NCBI RefSeq assembly: GCF_001194135.2
Contig: NC_068982.1
Location: 148,499,774-148,563,773 of the forward strand
Length of the DNA stretch: 64,000 bases
Origin: Octopus bimaculoides
Taxonomy: Eukaryota
Direction: 5' to 3'
Position 1 is the stretch's first letter; each line of letters opens with the position of its first letter. The notes beneath the pieces are model-generated. The model did no database searches, was not told the origin of the DNA, and saw nothing but the letters and a program-made list of their open reading frames with translations. Both the position numbers and the translations under genes were made by a program. Shown piece after piece: positions 38,065-51,125 of this stretch.

Positions 38065-38570
38065 ATAAGAGGTATACCCAGGAAGACATGAGATGAGGTG
38101 GTGAAGCACAACCTTTGAATGTTTGGCCTCATTGAGAAAATGACAAGCAACTGAGACGTTTGGAGATATGTCATGCATGTGAAAACCTGTTGAACCGAGT
38201 GAAATCGATGCTGGGGCTGATGCCAGTGCTACCTGACTGGCATCTGTGCTGGTGGCATGTAAAAAGCACCATTCCAACATGACCTATGCCAGTGCTGCCT
38301 GGCTATCACGCATGCCAGTTGCATGTAAAAAACACCATCCATGCGTGGATGATTCTAATGCCACCTGATTGGCACCCGTGCTGATGGCATGTAAAGAACA
38401 CTCACCACATTCTTGGAGTAGTTGGCATTAGGAAGGGCATCCAGCTGCAGAAACCTTGCCAAATCAGATTGGGGCCTGGTGCAGCCTCCCGGCTTAACAG
38501 TTCTCAGTCAAACCGTCCAACCTAAGCGAGCATGGAAAGCAGATGTTAAACAATGATGATGATGATGATT
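38065..38570 (+). mobile_element. RTE LINE 3' end linking ORF2 terminus to family A UTR
   Basis: cccaggaagacatgagatgaggtggtgaagcac (P-R-K-T-[W>stop]-D-E-V-V-K-H) runs directly into the UTR units and (gat)n tail. Confidence 0.8.
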
Positions 38571-38609
38571 ATATATACATACATATATACATTTTTAATT
38601 CAGTCAATA

Positions 38610-39185
38610 AACTGTGACCATATTAAGGTACCATCTTAAAGGGTTTAGTTGAACAAACTGATCCCAGTACATTTTTTAAAATTATTCCATTAGTCACGTT
38701 CTGCCCAATAATTAAGTTACAACAATGTAAACAAACCAACACCAGTTGTCAAGTGGTGGTGAGGAAGGATTAACACAAACACAAAGAAACACACACACAC
38801 ACACACACACACACAAGCATAAGTTTATACATACATAAATGTATGTGTGTGTGTGACAGGTTTATTCAAATCCACTCACAAAGCTTTGGTTATGATAGAA
38901 GACACTTGCCCAAGGTACCATACAGTGGACTGAACCCATACCCAAGCAAACTTCCTGTCATGTAGCTATGCCTATATATTCTTTTCTACTCTAGGCACAA
39001 GGACTGAAATTTTGGCAGGAGGGGGCCAGTCAATTAGATCAACCCTAGTATGCAACTGGTGCTTAATTTATCGACCCCGAAAGGATGAAAGATAAAGTCG
39101 ACCCTGGCAGAATTTGAACTCAAAACGTAAAGACAGACGAAATACCACTATGCACTTCACCTGGTGTGCTAACATTTCTACCAGC
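38610..39185 (-). mobile_element. Degenerate SINE C followed by SINE B (38985-39185) ending at a gap
   Basis: Family motifs agaagacacttgcccaaggtacc and ttaatttatcgaccccgaaaggatgaaag. Confidence 0.7.
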
Positions 39186-39559
39186 NNNNNNNNNNNNNNN
39201 NNNNNNNNNNNNNNNNNNNNNNNNNNNNNNNNNNNNNNNNNNNNNNNNNNNNNNNNNNNNNNNNNNNNNNNNNNNNNNNNNNNNNNNNNNNNNNNNNNNN
39301 NNNNNNNNNNNNNNNNNNNNNNNNNNNNNNNNNNNNNNNNNNNNNNNNNNNNNNNNNNNNNNNNNNNNNNNNNNNNNNNNNNNNNNNNNNNNNNNNNNNN
39401 NNNNNNNNNNNNNNNNNNNNNNNNNNNNNNNNNNNNNNNNNNNNNNNNNNNNNNNNNNNNNNNNNNNNNNNNNNNNNNNNNNNNNNNNNNNNNNNNNNNN
39501 NNNNNNNNNNNNNNNNNNNNNNNNNNNNNNNNNNNNNNNNNNNNNNNNNNNNNNNTATA

Positions 39560-39595
<36 letters not shown>

Positions 39596-39949
39596 TGTAT
39601 GTATGTATAAAAATGAAATGGGACCAAGGATTGGATAGGGTGAGTGGGTGGGTAAGTTAGCAAGATCATAAAAGGAGAGTGGAAAGTGGACAGGCAGAGA
39701 AATGTAGTGACACAGCCAGAGAAACCATGCCAAAGGAGACAGTATAGTTTGGTGTAGACTTGTGAGTTGCCAGCTCCAGTTATACTGTCCAACGAACATC
39801 CTTATGGAAAACAGCTATTAAATGATGATGATACATACATACACATATACACATACACACACACACACACACGAATGTATGTATATAATATAATATAATA
39901 TTATGTAATGTATTGTATGTACACATACAAGTACATGCACAAGACAAAA

Positions 39950-39984
<35 letters not shown>

Positions 39985-40852
39985 GTATGCCTATTCCATA
40001 AGAGTGAGCTTAACTTCTTAGTTTTATTGATTCAAAATGGATGAAAAAAATCTAAATGAAAAAAATTTTCTTTTGTTTGTTTGTTTTTAAATTTTAAATC
40101 AGAAATGTAATTTTCTAAAAATTACTCATCAACTGTTTAGCCTAGATAGACCAAAACATTAAGACTGGACCATTATCCTTCCTAACTTGTTTTGTCGTAT
40201 TGTATTTAACTTTCTCGTCAGGAACATTTTTGTCTGTGTTTGCCATTTATGTAATCCTCGAGAATTAGAACTTGGAATATGTAATGCTATGCACTTAAAA
40301 AAAATTATAAGGATTTGTTTGAAGAAAGATACTTGGATGCTATACCTACAGCTCAAGAGACTTACATTGAAGTTACCTCATTGGTTCATTTTATCAACAG
40401 TTAATCCTCTTCTGTGAAGCCTATTTTAAAGCAGCATTGTACAATATAGCAGTGAGATATTTTGAAGATGTGTTAATGGAACTAGAGTGATGGCAGTTTG
40501 CAAATGTCAAGAAGGAAGTGAGATGCGTTTGTTTGATCTGCTGGAGGTTTTGTATAAAGAGAGAAATTTAAAGGAGATGTGGATGTTCTGAATTAAGACA
40601 CAGCGATGAAAGAAAGAGAAGACATTTTAGAATGAAAAAGCATCAATTGGTGCTTGCATGAGAAAAGATTGTGTTAGATGTTGGTAGTGGTTAGATGTTG
40701 GTAGTGGTTAGATGTTGGTAGTGGTTTGTATATGCAGCATTAGTGGAGGAAATGGTAGGAATGGTTATGTTGGTAGTAGAAATGGTAATATGATGCAGGT
40801 AGTCATAGTGATATTGGTAACACTGTTGCTCAAGCTGATAATAATAATAACA

Positions 40853-40922
<70 letters not shown>

Positions 40923-41449
40923 TAATGGTAGTGGTAACTTTGTTAGAAGATTTAATAGTAGTAGTGGTGGCAATGATTATGGGAGTGGGGCTATTATGCA
41001 TATCGAAGAGATAGCATAAGCTGGTCGTGGTTGGTGGATAAGAATCATTTGGGAGAAAACGCTGTTGATATAGTGAAAATGGGAGAGTATGGGTTGATTA
41101 TAAAAGAATTTAAAAGTTGCATCACACAAAGGAGAAAAAAGAGGAGAGAGGTGGTTGTGGTGGTGGTGGTGGTCGTCATGGTTTTAGAGTGAAGCATGAT
41201 GTTGCTGACACTGTTGTGTTTGCTGGTGTTGATGGAAAATAATAATAGAAAAAAGAATAGAAAGAATAGGCTGTGAGTATAATGTGTACAAAATTCTTTG
41301 ATTTGCTTTGTTTTTTTTTTGTTTTTTTTTTTCATTGTTTATGCTGTCATTTTTGTTTATTAAACCCTACTGTATTTTCTTTTAAAAGAGTTCTTTGTTG
41401 TATTAGCTAGCACTTCCTGTATTGAAAAATCATTATTGACAATAATTAT

Positions 41450-42520
41450 TTGGAAGTGGATTTTATCTTGATGGATGCAGGACTTTTAGATTTTGTGAAA
41501 GAGACAGCTCCTGAGATACTGGCAGTAGAATTCCTTCATGTAAATACAGAGAAAATAGAATTTATCACTAACAGGCATGTCATAGAGAGAATTTGCCAGA
41601 AGAAGGGAGAGTCCAAAGGAATTGGATCTCTTTTCAGCAACACAAAAATTTTCTGCTAATAGCTGGAGTGAAATCAATGCAGTCTCTATAGTTTTGGTTT
41701 CAATGTATGGATAAGAAGCTATGTAGGTGGAACTTTGGTAATACATTTGTGTGACCTGTACTGTTTTGCTATTCAGATACATGAGAAGTGGGAAGGAATG
41801 AGATTCAGAAACAAAAAATTATTCTTTTATCTTTACCTTCAAATTCTTTTGATACCAATCTGCTTGAGACTACTAAAGTGGTCATATTTAAATTATGCAA
41901 CTGAAAGGCTGGATTATTAGAGTATTGGTCAAAGATCTTGTGATAACAGTCCTAACCCCTTGCATTCTGAGATCAAAGGGAGTTAATAAAGTAGCAGTCA
42001 AGTAGTGCAATTGATTCTTCTCTTTTGCTCTCTCACTCTCTTCACTCTCTCTCTCAAAATTAGCAACTCTTCAGAGTAAGATTATTCACAGGGGACACTC
42101 ACAGTCCTCTCTTCCCCCAAGAAATGACTGTTACCCTTGTCTCGTCTTGTATGCAACTGTCCAAATAAACTATAGAACTTTGCAAACATGGAGAGACCAA
42201 TGCACAGAATAGTTAAAGAAGAATATGTAACTTTAAAATTTCCTTCTTAATTGTATCTAAGAACCTTTTCTTATGTTATGTTTCCAAATACCAACCTAAC
42301 AATTGAACATGTAAGTTGTTTTAATTCTCAATTATTGATAGTCACAAGATGATCCAACACTTATGCCTACCTCCTACTTAACCTTTGATGACAAAAACTA
42401 TCAGCTGTACCCAATTTCATTGCTGATGGTTACTGGGAGTGAAGCTGGATATTGCACTGGATCACTACTGTCTGTTGAGATACATTTTCTGAATAAGCTG
42501 TAGAGACCTTCCTAATATAA
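41450..42520 (+). pseudogene. Possible heavily decayed LINE reverse-transcriptase remnant
   Basis: Weak motif resemblances: SLYSFGFNVWIRSYV to KL..YG.....WI.SYL, and LLGVKLDIAL to KLLGV.LD..L; many stops. Confidence 0.25.
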
Positions 42521-42799
42521 CCATTACAGGTTATTGTAAATAAACAAGGGAGACTGTATGTAGTCATTTGACCTGCTAGACATGGTAGCTAAATCTTCCT
42601 CAAACCACTTCTCAGTCATTAAAAAGAAAATGACAAACCAATTAATATACCAGTAGTCCTATATATCCTAAGGATACTGTATGGCCATGGCTAAAATGTT
42701 TTTCATTATATGTCAGTTCAATCAAAGTTGACCAAGGGCAACAGTAAGTGAATAAAGGATCTGAAGCTGCTAGAAATAGCTGTCAAATTTCTTCAAATT

Positions 42800-43110
42800 A
42801 TCATCATCATCATCATAATTTAACGTCTTTGTTGCATGCTGGCATGGGTCGACAGTTTGACAGGAACTGATGCGACTCCACTATTTACTTGGGCATGCTT
42901 TCAACAGCTGGATGCACTTCATAACATCAGCCACCTTACAGCATGTACTGGATGCTTTTTCCAAGCCACCAGCACTAGTAAGGTTGCCATGCAGCTTGCA
43001 AGACTATGAACTCCAAGAGAGGTGGCTTTAGGCAAGAAGATGAAGGGTGATAAAATGAGAGAGAGGGTCAGAACATAACGGGTTTCCTGCTGAAGAGGGG
43101 CCACATGGCT
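42800..43110 (-). mobile_element. Older RTE family A 3' end
   Basis: catcataatttaacgtcttt...catgctggcatggg...cagctggatgcacttc. Confidence 0.65.
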
Positions 43111-43809
43111 ACTCCTGTTTTAGAAAAGAAGTTAGGTGTAATTTGTTTGACCTTGTCAGTATAGTATTATGCTTCTCCCCTTCAAATGGATACAGTTATT
43201 TTTAAAACATACAGAAAGAGTTTGGTACATTCTTGTCTAAGGATAATTTGCTTAGTATAAACTAAAAGATTTAGGATAAAAAGCACCAAAAGAATCAATA
43301 ACATTAATTTAGATTACAAAGTCAATTGAAGTTGTACTGAATGGTGAGCATGATAAATTCTTGATCTATTACCATTCTCCTTTGGATCTGGCTTGACTTC
43401 ATCAACATAGAATAATCTTTTTTGTCTCTGAACTGATATTGACAATTTAACATATAGAGAATGATTGAGGGTAGAGTGTTTCTCTAGTTATATGTGGTTT
43501 GTACTAGCGCAAGGAATTGTTATTAACTAACTGATGGAATATGACAGAATATCAAAAAAATGTCAGAATAGCAGAACAGATAATATGGGTTTTGTTGCTG
43601 CTTTAGGTTTTAATGTTTAACCATATTGACAGATGAGGTGACAGAGATAGGTAGGCATTTAGACAGATTAATGGAAAAGCAGAAATAAAATAGGTGGATT
43701 GAGTTTTGTATATTCTTGGTTAAAGGAAATTATGCACACACACACTCATACACACATACACTCACACATTTATTATAGCAAATGTTGACAATCTACACTG
43801 AGTTATATA

Positions 43810-43847
<38 letters not shown>

Positions 43848-44044
43848 CATGTATGCATATATATAAATTATGTAAACATAGTATAAATATGTATACATAT
43901 ATATGAGTGTATGCATCATGTGTTTTTATAGAGAGAAAGAGAGAAAGAAAGAGAAAGAGAGAGAAAGAAAGAGAGAGAGAGAGAAAGAAAGAGAGAGAGA
44001 GAAAGAAAGAGAGAGAGAGAGAGAAAGAAAGAGAGAGAGAGAAA

Positions 44045-44087
<43 letters not shown>

Positions 44088-44095
44088 GAGAGATG
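43810..44095. repeat. (GA)n/(GAAA)n purine tract
   Basis: Directly visible. Confidence 0.95.
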
Positions 44096-44575
44096 AATAA
44101 ATAAAATATCAAACATTGACAGTCTCACATACAAACAGAGATGGACAGAGAGATTGCAACTACCAAGATAAATACATAAATAAACAGATAATCAGTCTGA
44201 TATATAAATAGATTAACTGGATAGCATGTGACAAATCGAAGAAACACAGCACAGATAGGTAGATATTGTGATAGATTGGTTACAGTGTGACAGCTGAGAT
44301 TCTTAGGTGGATAGATCACATCAATAAGCTAATGTACAGAGAAACTAAACAAACTTTAACAGAACAGAATGACTTTAACAAGAAACACAGTTGAATCTTG
44401 AGACAGACAAAGTAAATGAAAAAGCTAAGAATGTAAATGGGAACAAATAAATGAAATGTCTGAATAGAAAATTGACTAACAATAGAGTAAATTAATTGGG
44501 TAAAAATGTAAATTCATGCACAGTTGGCCATGTAATATGTATGTATGTGTGTAAGAGTGTGTCTGCATATATCTA

Positions 44576-44610
<35 letters not shown>

Positions 44611-45104
44611 NNNNNNNNNNATATATATATATATATATATACACATGTGTGTCTGTGTGTAAACACACATATATGTAAGCCCACATATATGTAAAAAAAT
44701 ATATACATCTGTATTTTTTATACACACACATAAATATACATACATACATATATATATTTATATATGTATGTATATTCACATATGTGTATAAAAAAAAAGT
44801 ATATATATATATGTGTGTGTATGTAGATATATATATGTAAATATATACACATGTATGGATTTGTAGCAATTTATATGTGTATATATATATATGCATAGAT
44901 ATTTACATATGCATATAGCTAGGTAGTTACATAGCTAGATAGATAAATATGTATACACACATACGGGCATGCATACACACATATATACATTTATGTATTT
45001 ACGTACCTTTATAAGTTTGTGTGTGGTGTGTGTGTGTGTGTGTGTGTGTACTTGTGTCTGTGCGTGCATGTGCATGTATATGTGTGTGTGTGAGTGTGCT
45101 AGTA

Positions 45105-45487
45105 CAGTGATATCAAACTGACGGACCATGTTGTGAAAGTTACAGAAAGAATTATTTCCCAATTACTTAGGAAGAAAATAGGTTAAATAAGATGCAGTTT
45201 GACTTTGTGCTGTGGGGAAGAATACTACTGATATTTCCTTTCTAGTAAGACAACTGCAGGAGAACTATTCAGCAAAAAGTAAACCACCGTATTCATTAAC
45301 CTGGAGGAAGCCTTTGGCAAGGTACCTTGCTCTGAGATCTTGTTGTCCTTGTGGAAGCTAGGAGTAGATGAATGGCTTTTGGGAACCATACAAGCAATGT
45401 ACAGCCGTGCTGTCAGTAAGGTGAGAGCTAGCAACAGGTACAGAGACAAATTTAATGTACAGGTAGGACTTCACCAACACTCAGTCC
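45105..45487 (+). mobile_element. RTE-type reverse-transcriptase fragment
   Basis: IKLTDHVVKVTERII..MQFDFV..TTD..LVRQLQE..VFINLEEAFGKVP..LWKLGVDEWLL..IQAMY..SKVR..F.VQVGLHQ. Confidence 0.85.
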
Positions 45488-45761
45488 CCTCCTATTCATC
45501 TTTATTTCTCACATCTCCCACTCTTTCACCCTACAAACCATCTGCTTTTTTTTTCTGATTTTTCTATAGTTCTATTATACTGCTGCTCTCCACCCTTCCT
45601 GTATGGCCACTTAACACTTGCTTTTTTCCCTGAGCCACTCCTATAACTTTACCTTCCACCTCATATTCATATTTACCATCATCTACTACTCCACTATCAA
45701 CCAAAACTCCATCTTTCAATCCATTCACCTTTACCACCATTTCTAACCTTTTGTCATTTTC

Positions 45762-46160
45762 AGAGCTGGATTAAAACCCATCGAGGCCTTAAGCATTTAA
45801 AAGATTTTGGTGCCCCCATAAAAGATTATGTAATTCAAAATATAAACAATAACAAACCATACAATAAATTTTCATTTTTCAAAACGAAATAAAACAGTAA
45901 GAGAGAAAATAATGTTTATTTTTGTATACTTCCACTTTATTTATATTTGAAAAGTTTCCTCCTACTCATTTGAATTGCTAAGTCATTGATCAGATCCTCA
46001 AAATTAATCTTAGGTAACACATCTGCATCTATACTTAATAGAGATAAAGGCATCCCGAATATTATTTTAGCAACTTTAAAATGATTTCTTTTGTGCCGTA
46101 AACCATTTACCATTTCTGTGGTGCCCCCTCCTTCCCTTGATGCCCTAAGCACGTGCACTC
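45762..46160 (-). mobile_element. Internally deleted hAT element retaining the transposase C-terminus
   Basis: LSLLSIDADVLPKINFEDLINDLAIQMSRRKLF matches the hAT dimerisation-domain end. Terminal cagagctggattaa; subterminal ccttaagca/ccctaagcacgtgc motifs. Confidence 0.7.
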
Positions 46161-46554
46161 TCCTCTCATACTTTAATGGATGTATCCACCTACCTTTTCT
46201 CATTCTTTGTTTTTATTCTCTCATACTCATCTTTTTGTATCTCGAGAATATATTCTGACACCTCAGCACCTCCATCACTGTATTCTTTCTAGCTACTCCC
46301 ATCCACCTTTATATGATGCAGGGTAACGATATATCTCTTTTATAGTGCAACACTTGTGCCTGTCCATCTATCATACTTTAGTCTCTCAACACCCGGTATA
46401 AAGCCACCACCCTCTCTACAACACAAATTTGCATGCCTTCGTTATTTTTCATCTCATCTATAAAACTGGACTCTTATCAACGTCATGGACATTTTAGAAA
46501 TATATAAAACTATGTCTGACTTTCGACTTTTCAATCTTTTGGTAAATCTTTTTC

Positions 46555-46762
46555 TTTGTCTTGTGAGTTACTTGGCAATCTCACTGGTACTAGCATCATG
46601 AAAAATGCACCTTGTAAACACAGTAAGTGGTTGGCATTAAGGAAATTCAGCTATAGAAACCATGCCAAAACAGAGACTGGAGTTTGATGCACTCCTCCAG
46701 CTCAGTGGATCCTATCAAACCATGCAACCCTTGCCAGTATGGAAGACAGAAATTAAATAAAG
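46555..46762 (+). mobile_element. Degenerate RTE family A 3' end
   Basis: ggttggcattaagga..cagctatagaaacc..caacccttgccagtatggaagacaga..taa. Confidence 0.6.
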
Positions 46763-47699
46763 ATGATACATATACAAATTTAACATATGTATGTATATTC
46801 GAGTATTTATATTTATATATCTTCATTTTTGTATATAGTTTGTAAGATTCCTGATGTGAATTCATTTGTTGAAACAAATTTTGTTGTGTTTTGGAATGGT
46901 CATTACACCAACAATGATTAACACACACCAGTTCAATATCACTTCTTTATTGTTAGTCAATCAGTTAGATATCTAATCAACTAACTAATCAATCATTTGT
47001 ATGTGTTGGTCAAACAATCAATTGGTTGTTTGTTTTGTCAAAGTCCTTTTGTCTCTATTCATGACTTCACCATTTCTTCAAGGTCTGCCTTGTGCCTGTC
47101 AGAAATTTAATCTTATGCCAGTGTGTATGTATGCTTGTACATGTGTATGTAGATGTGTGGTTTCTTATAAGAGAAGGGAAGGAGAAGAGTAAGTGAAGAA
47201 TGTGTATGTGCATGTGTGCGTATGTGTGTGTGTGTGCATGCATATGTATATGTGTGTGTACGCTCACATGCCTGCTTATATCTGTGTTTGTGTATTTGTG
47301 TATGTGCATGCATTGGCCATCCAAGATCCCTTTAAGGGTTCAACCTTTTGTTCAAGGTCAGTTCAATTTCAGATCTACTGGGATTTGCTTGTCATCCCGT
47401 AAAGATTTGCAGGTGTAATTCCTCATGTAGGGATTCCACCCTTCACTCCCCCATCCTCCCCACAAGATGATGATGATGATGATATACAATTTTAAAAGAG
47501 TCATAATGGTTGGTAAATATTTATGCAGTTCACAAACTTGCATGTCTTCATTATTCTTTGTCTCATCTTCAAGACTAGACTCTTATTGACATCATGGACA
47601 TTTTAGAATATACATAAAATTATGTCTTACTTTTGACTTTTCGATCTTTTACATTGTAATAACTATTTCGGTAATCTATATTATCACTCCTGCTCAATA

Positions 47700-47810
47700 A
47701 GTGCATGAGTGGCTGTGTGGTAAGTAGGTTGCTTACCAACCACATGGTTCCAGGTTCAGTCCCACTGCATGGCACTTTGGGCAAGTGTCTTCTACTATAG
47801 CCTCGTTGAC
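47700..47810 (+). mobile_element. SINE family C head
   Basis: gagtggctgtgtggtaag..ttaccaaccacatggttccaggttcagtcccactgcatggcactttgggcaagtgtcttctactatagcc. Confidence 0.85.
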
Positions 47811-47982
47811 CTTGTTCTTATTTTACATTGTTCTTTCACAACATTATATTTTTTCTTTAATGATGTGTGTATTCATGAGCGAAGGCAGTTTTTTATAACT
47901 ATAATATATAATACATAATATATACATATATAGACATATATATATGTGTGCATATATATATACATATATATACATGTGTATG

Positions 47983-48025
<43 letters not shown>

Positions 48026-48078
48026 GTGTAGATGTGCATGTATAAATATGTATTTGTCTCTGCATGAGTTTATAGAGT

Positions 48079-48582
48079 GAGAGAGCAGTGCATACCACCA
48101 AAGTGATGCTGGGGTACAAATATATGAAGCCCATCATGACTACCTGTCTGATAAGGGTACACCAACCACATGTATTAAAACCATATGTGCATTGCATGGT
48201 GACTTTATATCAGGATAAATATCACATGACCTTGCAGTGGGGTCCAGTTAAAATTTTCTTCTGGTCAAGTAGCCCATCCCACTCAAAAGGTCCCTGAATA
48301 AGGGTTGTTTAAGGATGATAATAGAAACAGCCATGTTTCCAGAAGTGAATAATACAAACTCCAAAGAATTTTTCTCAGTATATGCCTATGATGCTCCCCC
48401 ACATGATCAGAGATGCACTGAGGGTCATGCTCAAATGGTTATGGTCAAGCAACTGAAAAGCAGTATTGAGCAGAATATTTGCTGTAGCCCATCTTTTACA
48501 CCAAGACAAAACATGTATATGATAATACTTCCAATCTGTTAAGATCAGAAGCCATGAGAGCCACTGCCTGATACTGCATTAG
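48079..48582. repeat. Interspersed repeat family F (copy 2, opposite orientation to 30338-30878)
   Basis: End-to-end reverse-complement similarity. Confidence 0.8.
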
Positions 48583-48675
48583 GACACATATATATGTGCG
48601 CATATGTGAATGTAAGTATGTATACATGTTTGTATTTATGTATCAATATTTTTATGTTTCTTTATATCTGTGCAT

Positions 48676-48734
<59 letters not shown>

Positions 48735-49097
48735 TGTATGTGTGTATGTATATGCATGTATAAATATATCTCTATGTGTGAAAATGTGTATGTATGTGTC
48801 GATATTAAATATTTAAGGAGAGAATGTATTAGACTATAAATTCAAACCTTGTGAAGCAGTTTTATTGTATTTTTAATCTGGACGATATATTCAGATTATG
48901 AGAGTCAATGGAATGGATGGCCGAATCTTGTTAGTGTTTTAAATGATGCTGAGAGGCCATATTTTATTAGATAACTGCTTTTTCTGGCATGTTTGAGGCT
49001 TTGCTTTAAAAGTTCTCTTATAAGAATTTTATGTTGTGTACATATATCTACAGGCATATGATAGCAAACTTCTCAATCAGATCACCAGGCCTCTTCC

Positions 49098-49152
<55 letters not shown>

Positions 49153-49249
49153 CATCATCATCGTCATCGTCGTTTAACGTCCGCTTTCCATGCTAGCATG
49201 GGTTGGACGATTTGACTGAGGACTGGTGAAACCAGATGGCTACACCAGA

Positions 49250-49283
<34 letters not shown>

Positions 49284-49309
49284 TATATGTATGTATATAT
49301 ATGTGTATA

Positions 49310-49358
<49 letters not shown>

Positions 49359-49455
49359 GCACACACACCCACACATATATATATGCATATATACATATAT
49401 ATATGTATATGTACATATATCATCATCACCATCATCATTACATATATATATATAT

Positions 49456-49705
49456 ATCACTGGTGAAGGCCTCTTTATAGGGTTACCCTGGGTTTCTCCA
49501 TAAAGTGTACCTCTATGGCGTATCATCAGACCCTAAGACTTGTTGGCCAACAAGTCTTAGGGTCTGACGATAAACCATAAAAAGTATCTTCATGGCGAAA
49601 GACCCAGGGTAACCCTATAAACAAGCTTTCACCAGTGATAAATATAGACTGCTCTACTTCTTAGATTGTGCTTTTCAGTTTTTATATTTTCCTAAAAAAC
49701 GATAT
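49456..49705. mobile_element. Palindromic element (184-bp fold-back plus unique tail) in (TA)n
   Basis: Arms 49456-49546 and 49547-49639; perfect loop-less 42-bp palindrome at 49526-49567. Confidence 0.85.
49559..49616 (+). ncRNA. Type-I hammerhead-like motif (right arm; mirror copy on minus strand at 49479-49534)
   Basis: AGGGT-CTGACGA-...CCAT..ATGGC-GAAA-(ga)CCCAGGG-TA-ACCCT; helix I AGGGT/ACCCT, GTA cleavage triplet. Confidence 0.5.
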
Positions 49706-49715
49706 ATATATATAT

Positions 49716-49779
<64 letters not shown>

Positions 49780-49784
49780 GAGGC

Positions 49785-49930
49785 TTCTTTTAGTCTCCAT
49801 CAGCGATATTCCTCCGAAAAGGCATTGGTCGGCCTATAACTATAGCAGAAGGCACTTGCCTAAAGTTCTGTACAGTGAGGACTGAAACCATGCAGTTATG
49901 AAGTAAACTTCTTAACCACACCTCTGTGCC
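49785..49930 (-). mobile_element. SINE family C 5' part
   Basis: gcagaaggcacttgcctaaagttctgtacagtgaggactgaaacc. Confidence 0.65.
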
Positions 49931-50494
49931 TGATTATGAATATATTTATGTATCAATTTCTTTCTCTAACCCCCACTCCACCCCTTGCTCTTTCTGTAAA
50001 TCACTTTATTTTGCTGCTGACAAAGCATCTTCTTTACAAATAGATGTCAGCTAGTCTTTATAGATAAGAAATTTCTCTTGCATCTCTTTTGATTTATTAT
50101 TTCTATATTAGATAAAATCTATTAAATACTGTTCTAAATGAAAAGTTATGATTTAAGATTTTATGATATTTAAAACCCATATGATGAGACATTCCTCTAA
50201 TGCAATGGCTTAGCATTAATAGTCATCTTAGATTATTTAGTTAAGAATACTAGAAGATTCCCATTAGTCTCTCTCTCTATCATTCTTTGTGGCTGATTTT
50301 AGCAAAAGCATTGTGAAGAATTTCATTTCGGTTTATCAATGAGTTCACCATAAATCAAGTGTTTGATAGAAGATGTCAGAAGGAATATATTTTTGCACAC
50401 CTACGTTCACGCAAATATGGCCGTGATAGATTGACATGTGGTCTTGAGAGTAGGTATAATAGGAATAATGATTTTTTTAATGAAGCTGTTCTTG

Positions 50495-50575
50495 CTGATG
50501 ATGATGATGATGATGACGACAACAACAATAACAATGATGGTGATAATGATGACAATGGCAATGAAGATGATGACA

Positions 50576-50628
<53 letters not shown>

Positions 50629-50731
50629 AATGATGATGATGATGATGATGATGATGACGATGATGACNNNNNNNNNNACAACAATAACAATGATGGTGAT
50701 AATGATGACAATGGCAATGAAGATGATGACA

Positions 50732-50784
<53 letters not shown>

Positions 50785-51125
50785 AATGATGATGATGATG
50801 ATGATGATGATGACGATGATGACAATGACAACGATGATGACAATGACAACGATAATGATGAAGAGGAGGAGGAGGAGGAGGAGGAGGATGAGAAGGAGGA
50901 GGACGGGGACTAGGAGAACGAGGGGGATGAGGAGGACAAGGAAGGTGGAGAACAAGGCGGAGAGGAGGACGAGGAGGACAACAAGGAGGAAAAGACGAGG
51001 AGAGGACAAGGAAGAGGGGAGGACAAGGATGAGGAGGAGGACGACGACAAATAGGAGGATGATGACAAGGAGGAGGAGGACAATGAGGAGGGCAAGGAAA
51101 AGAGGAAGAGGATGAGGAAGATGAC
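50495..51125. repeat. (GAT)n/(GAC)n then (GAG)n triplet field
   Basis: Directly visible; an ~150-bp block is duplicated across a 10-N gap. Confidence 0.95.

Noticed and set aside
50349-50442. 94-nt minus-strand exon candidate (HMSIYHGHICVNVGVQKYIPSDIFYQTLDL)
   Set aside because: The frame is open and AG/GT-bounded, but splice signals are weak, no partner exons were found and no homology was recognised.
50520-50825. ~150-bp tandem duplication
   Set aside because: The two copies are near-identical and separated by a 10-N gap, typical of an unmerged contig overlap.
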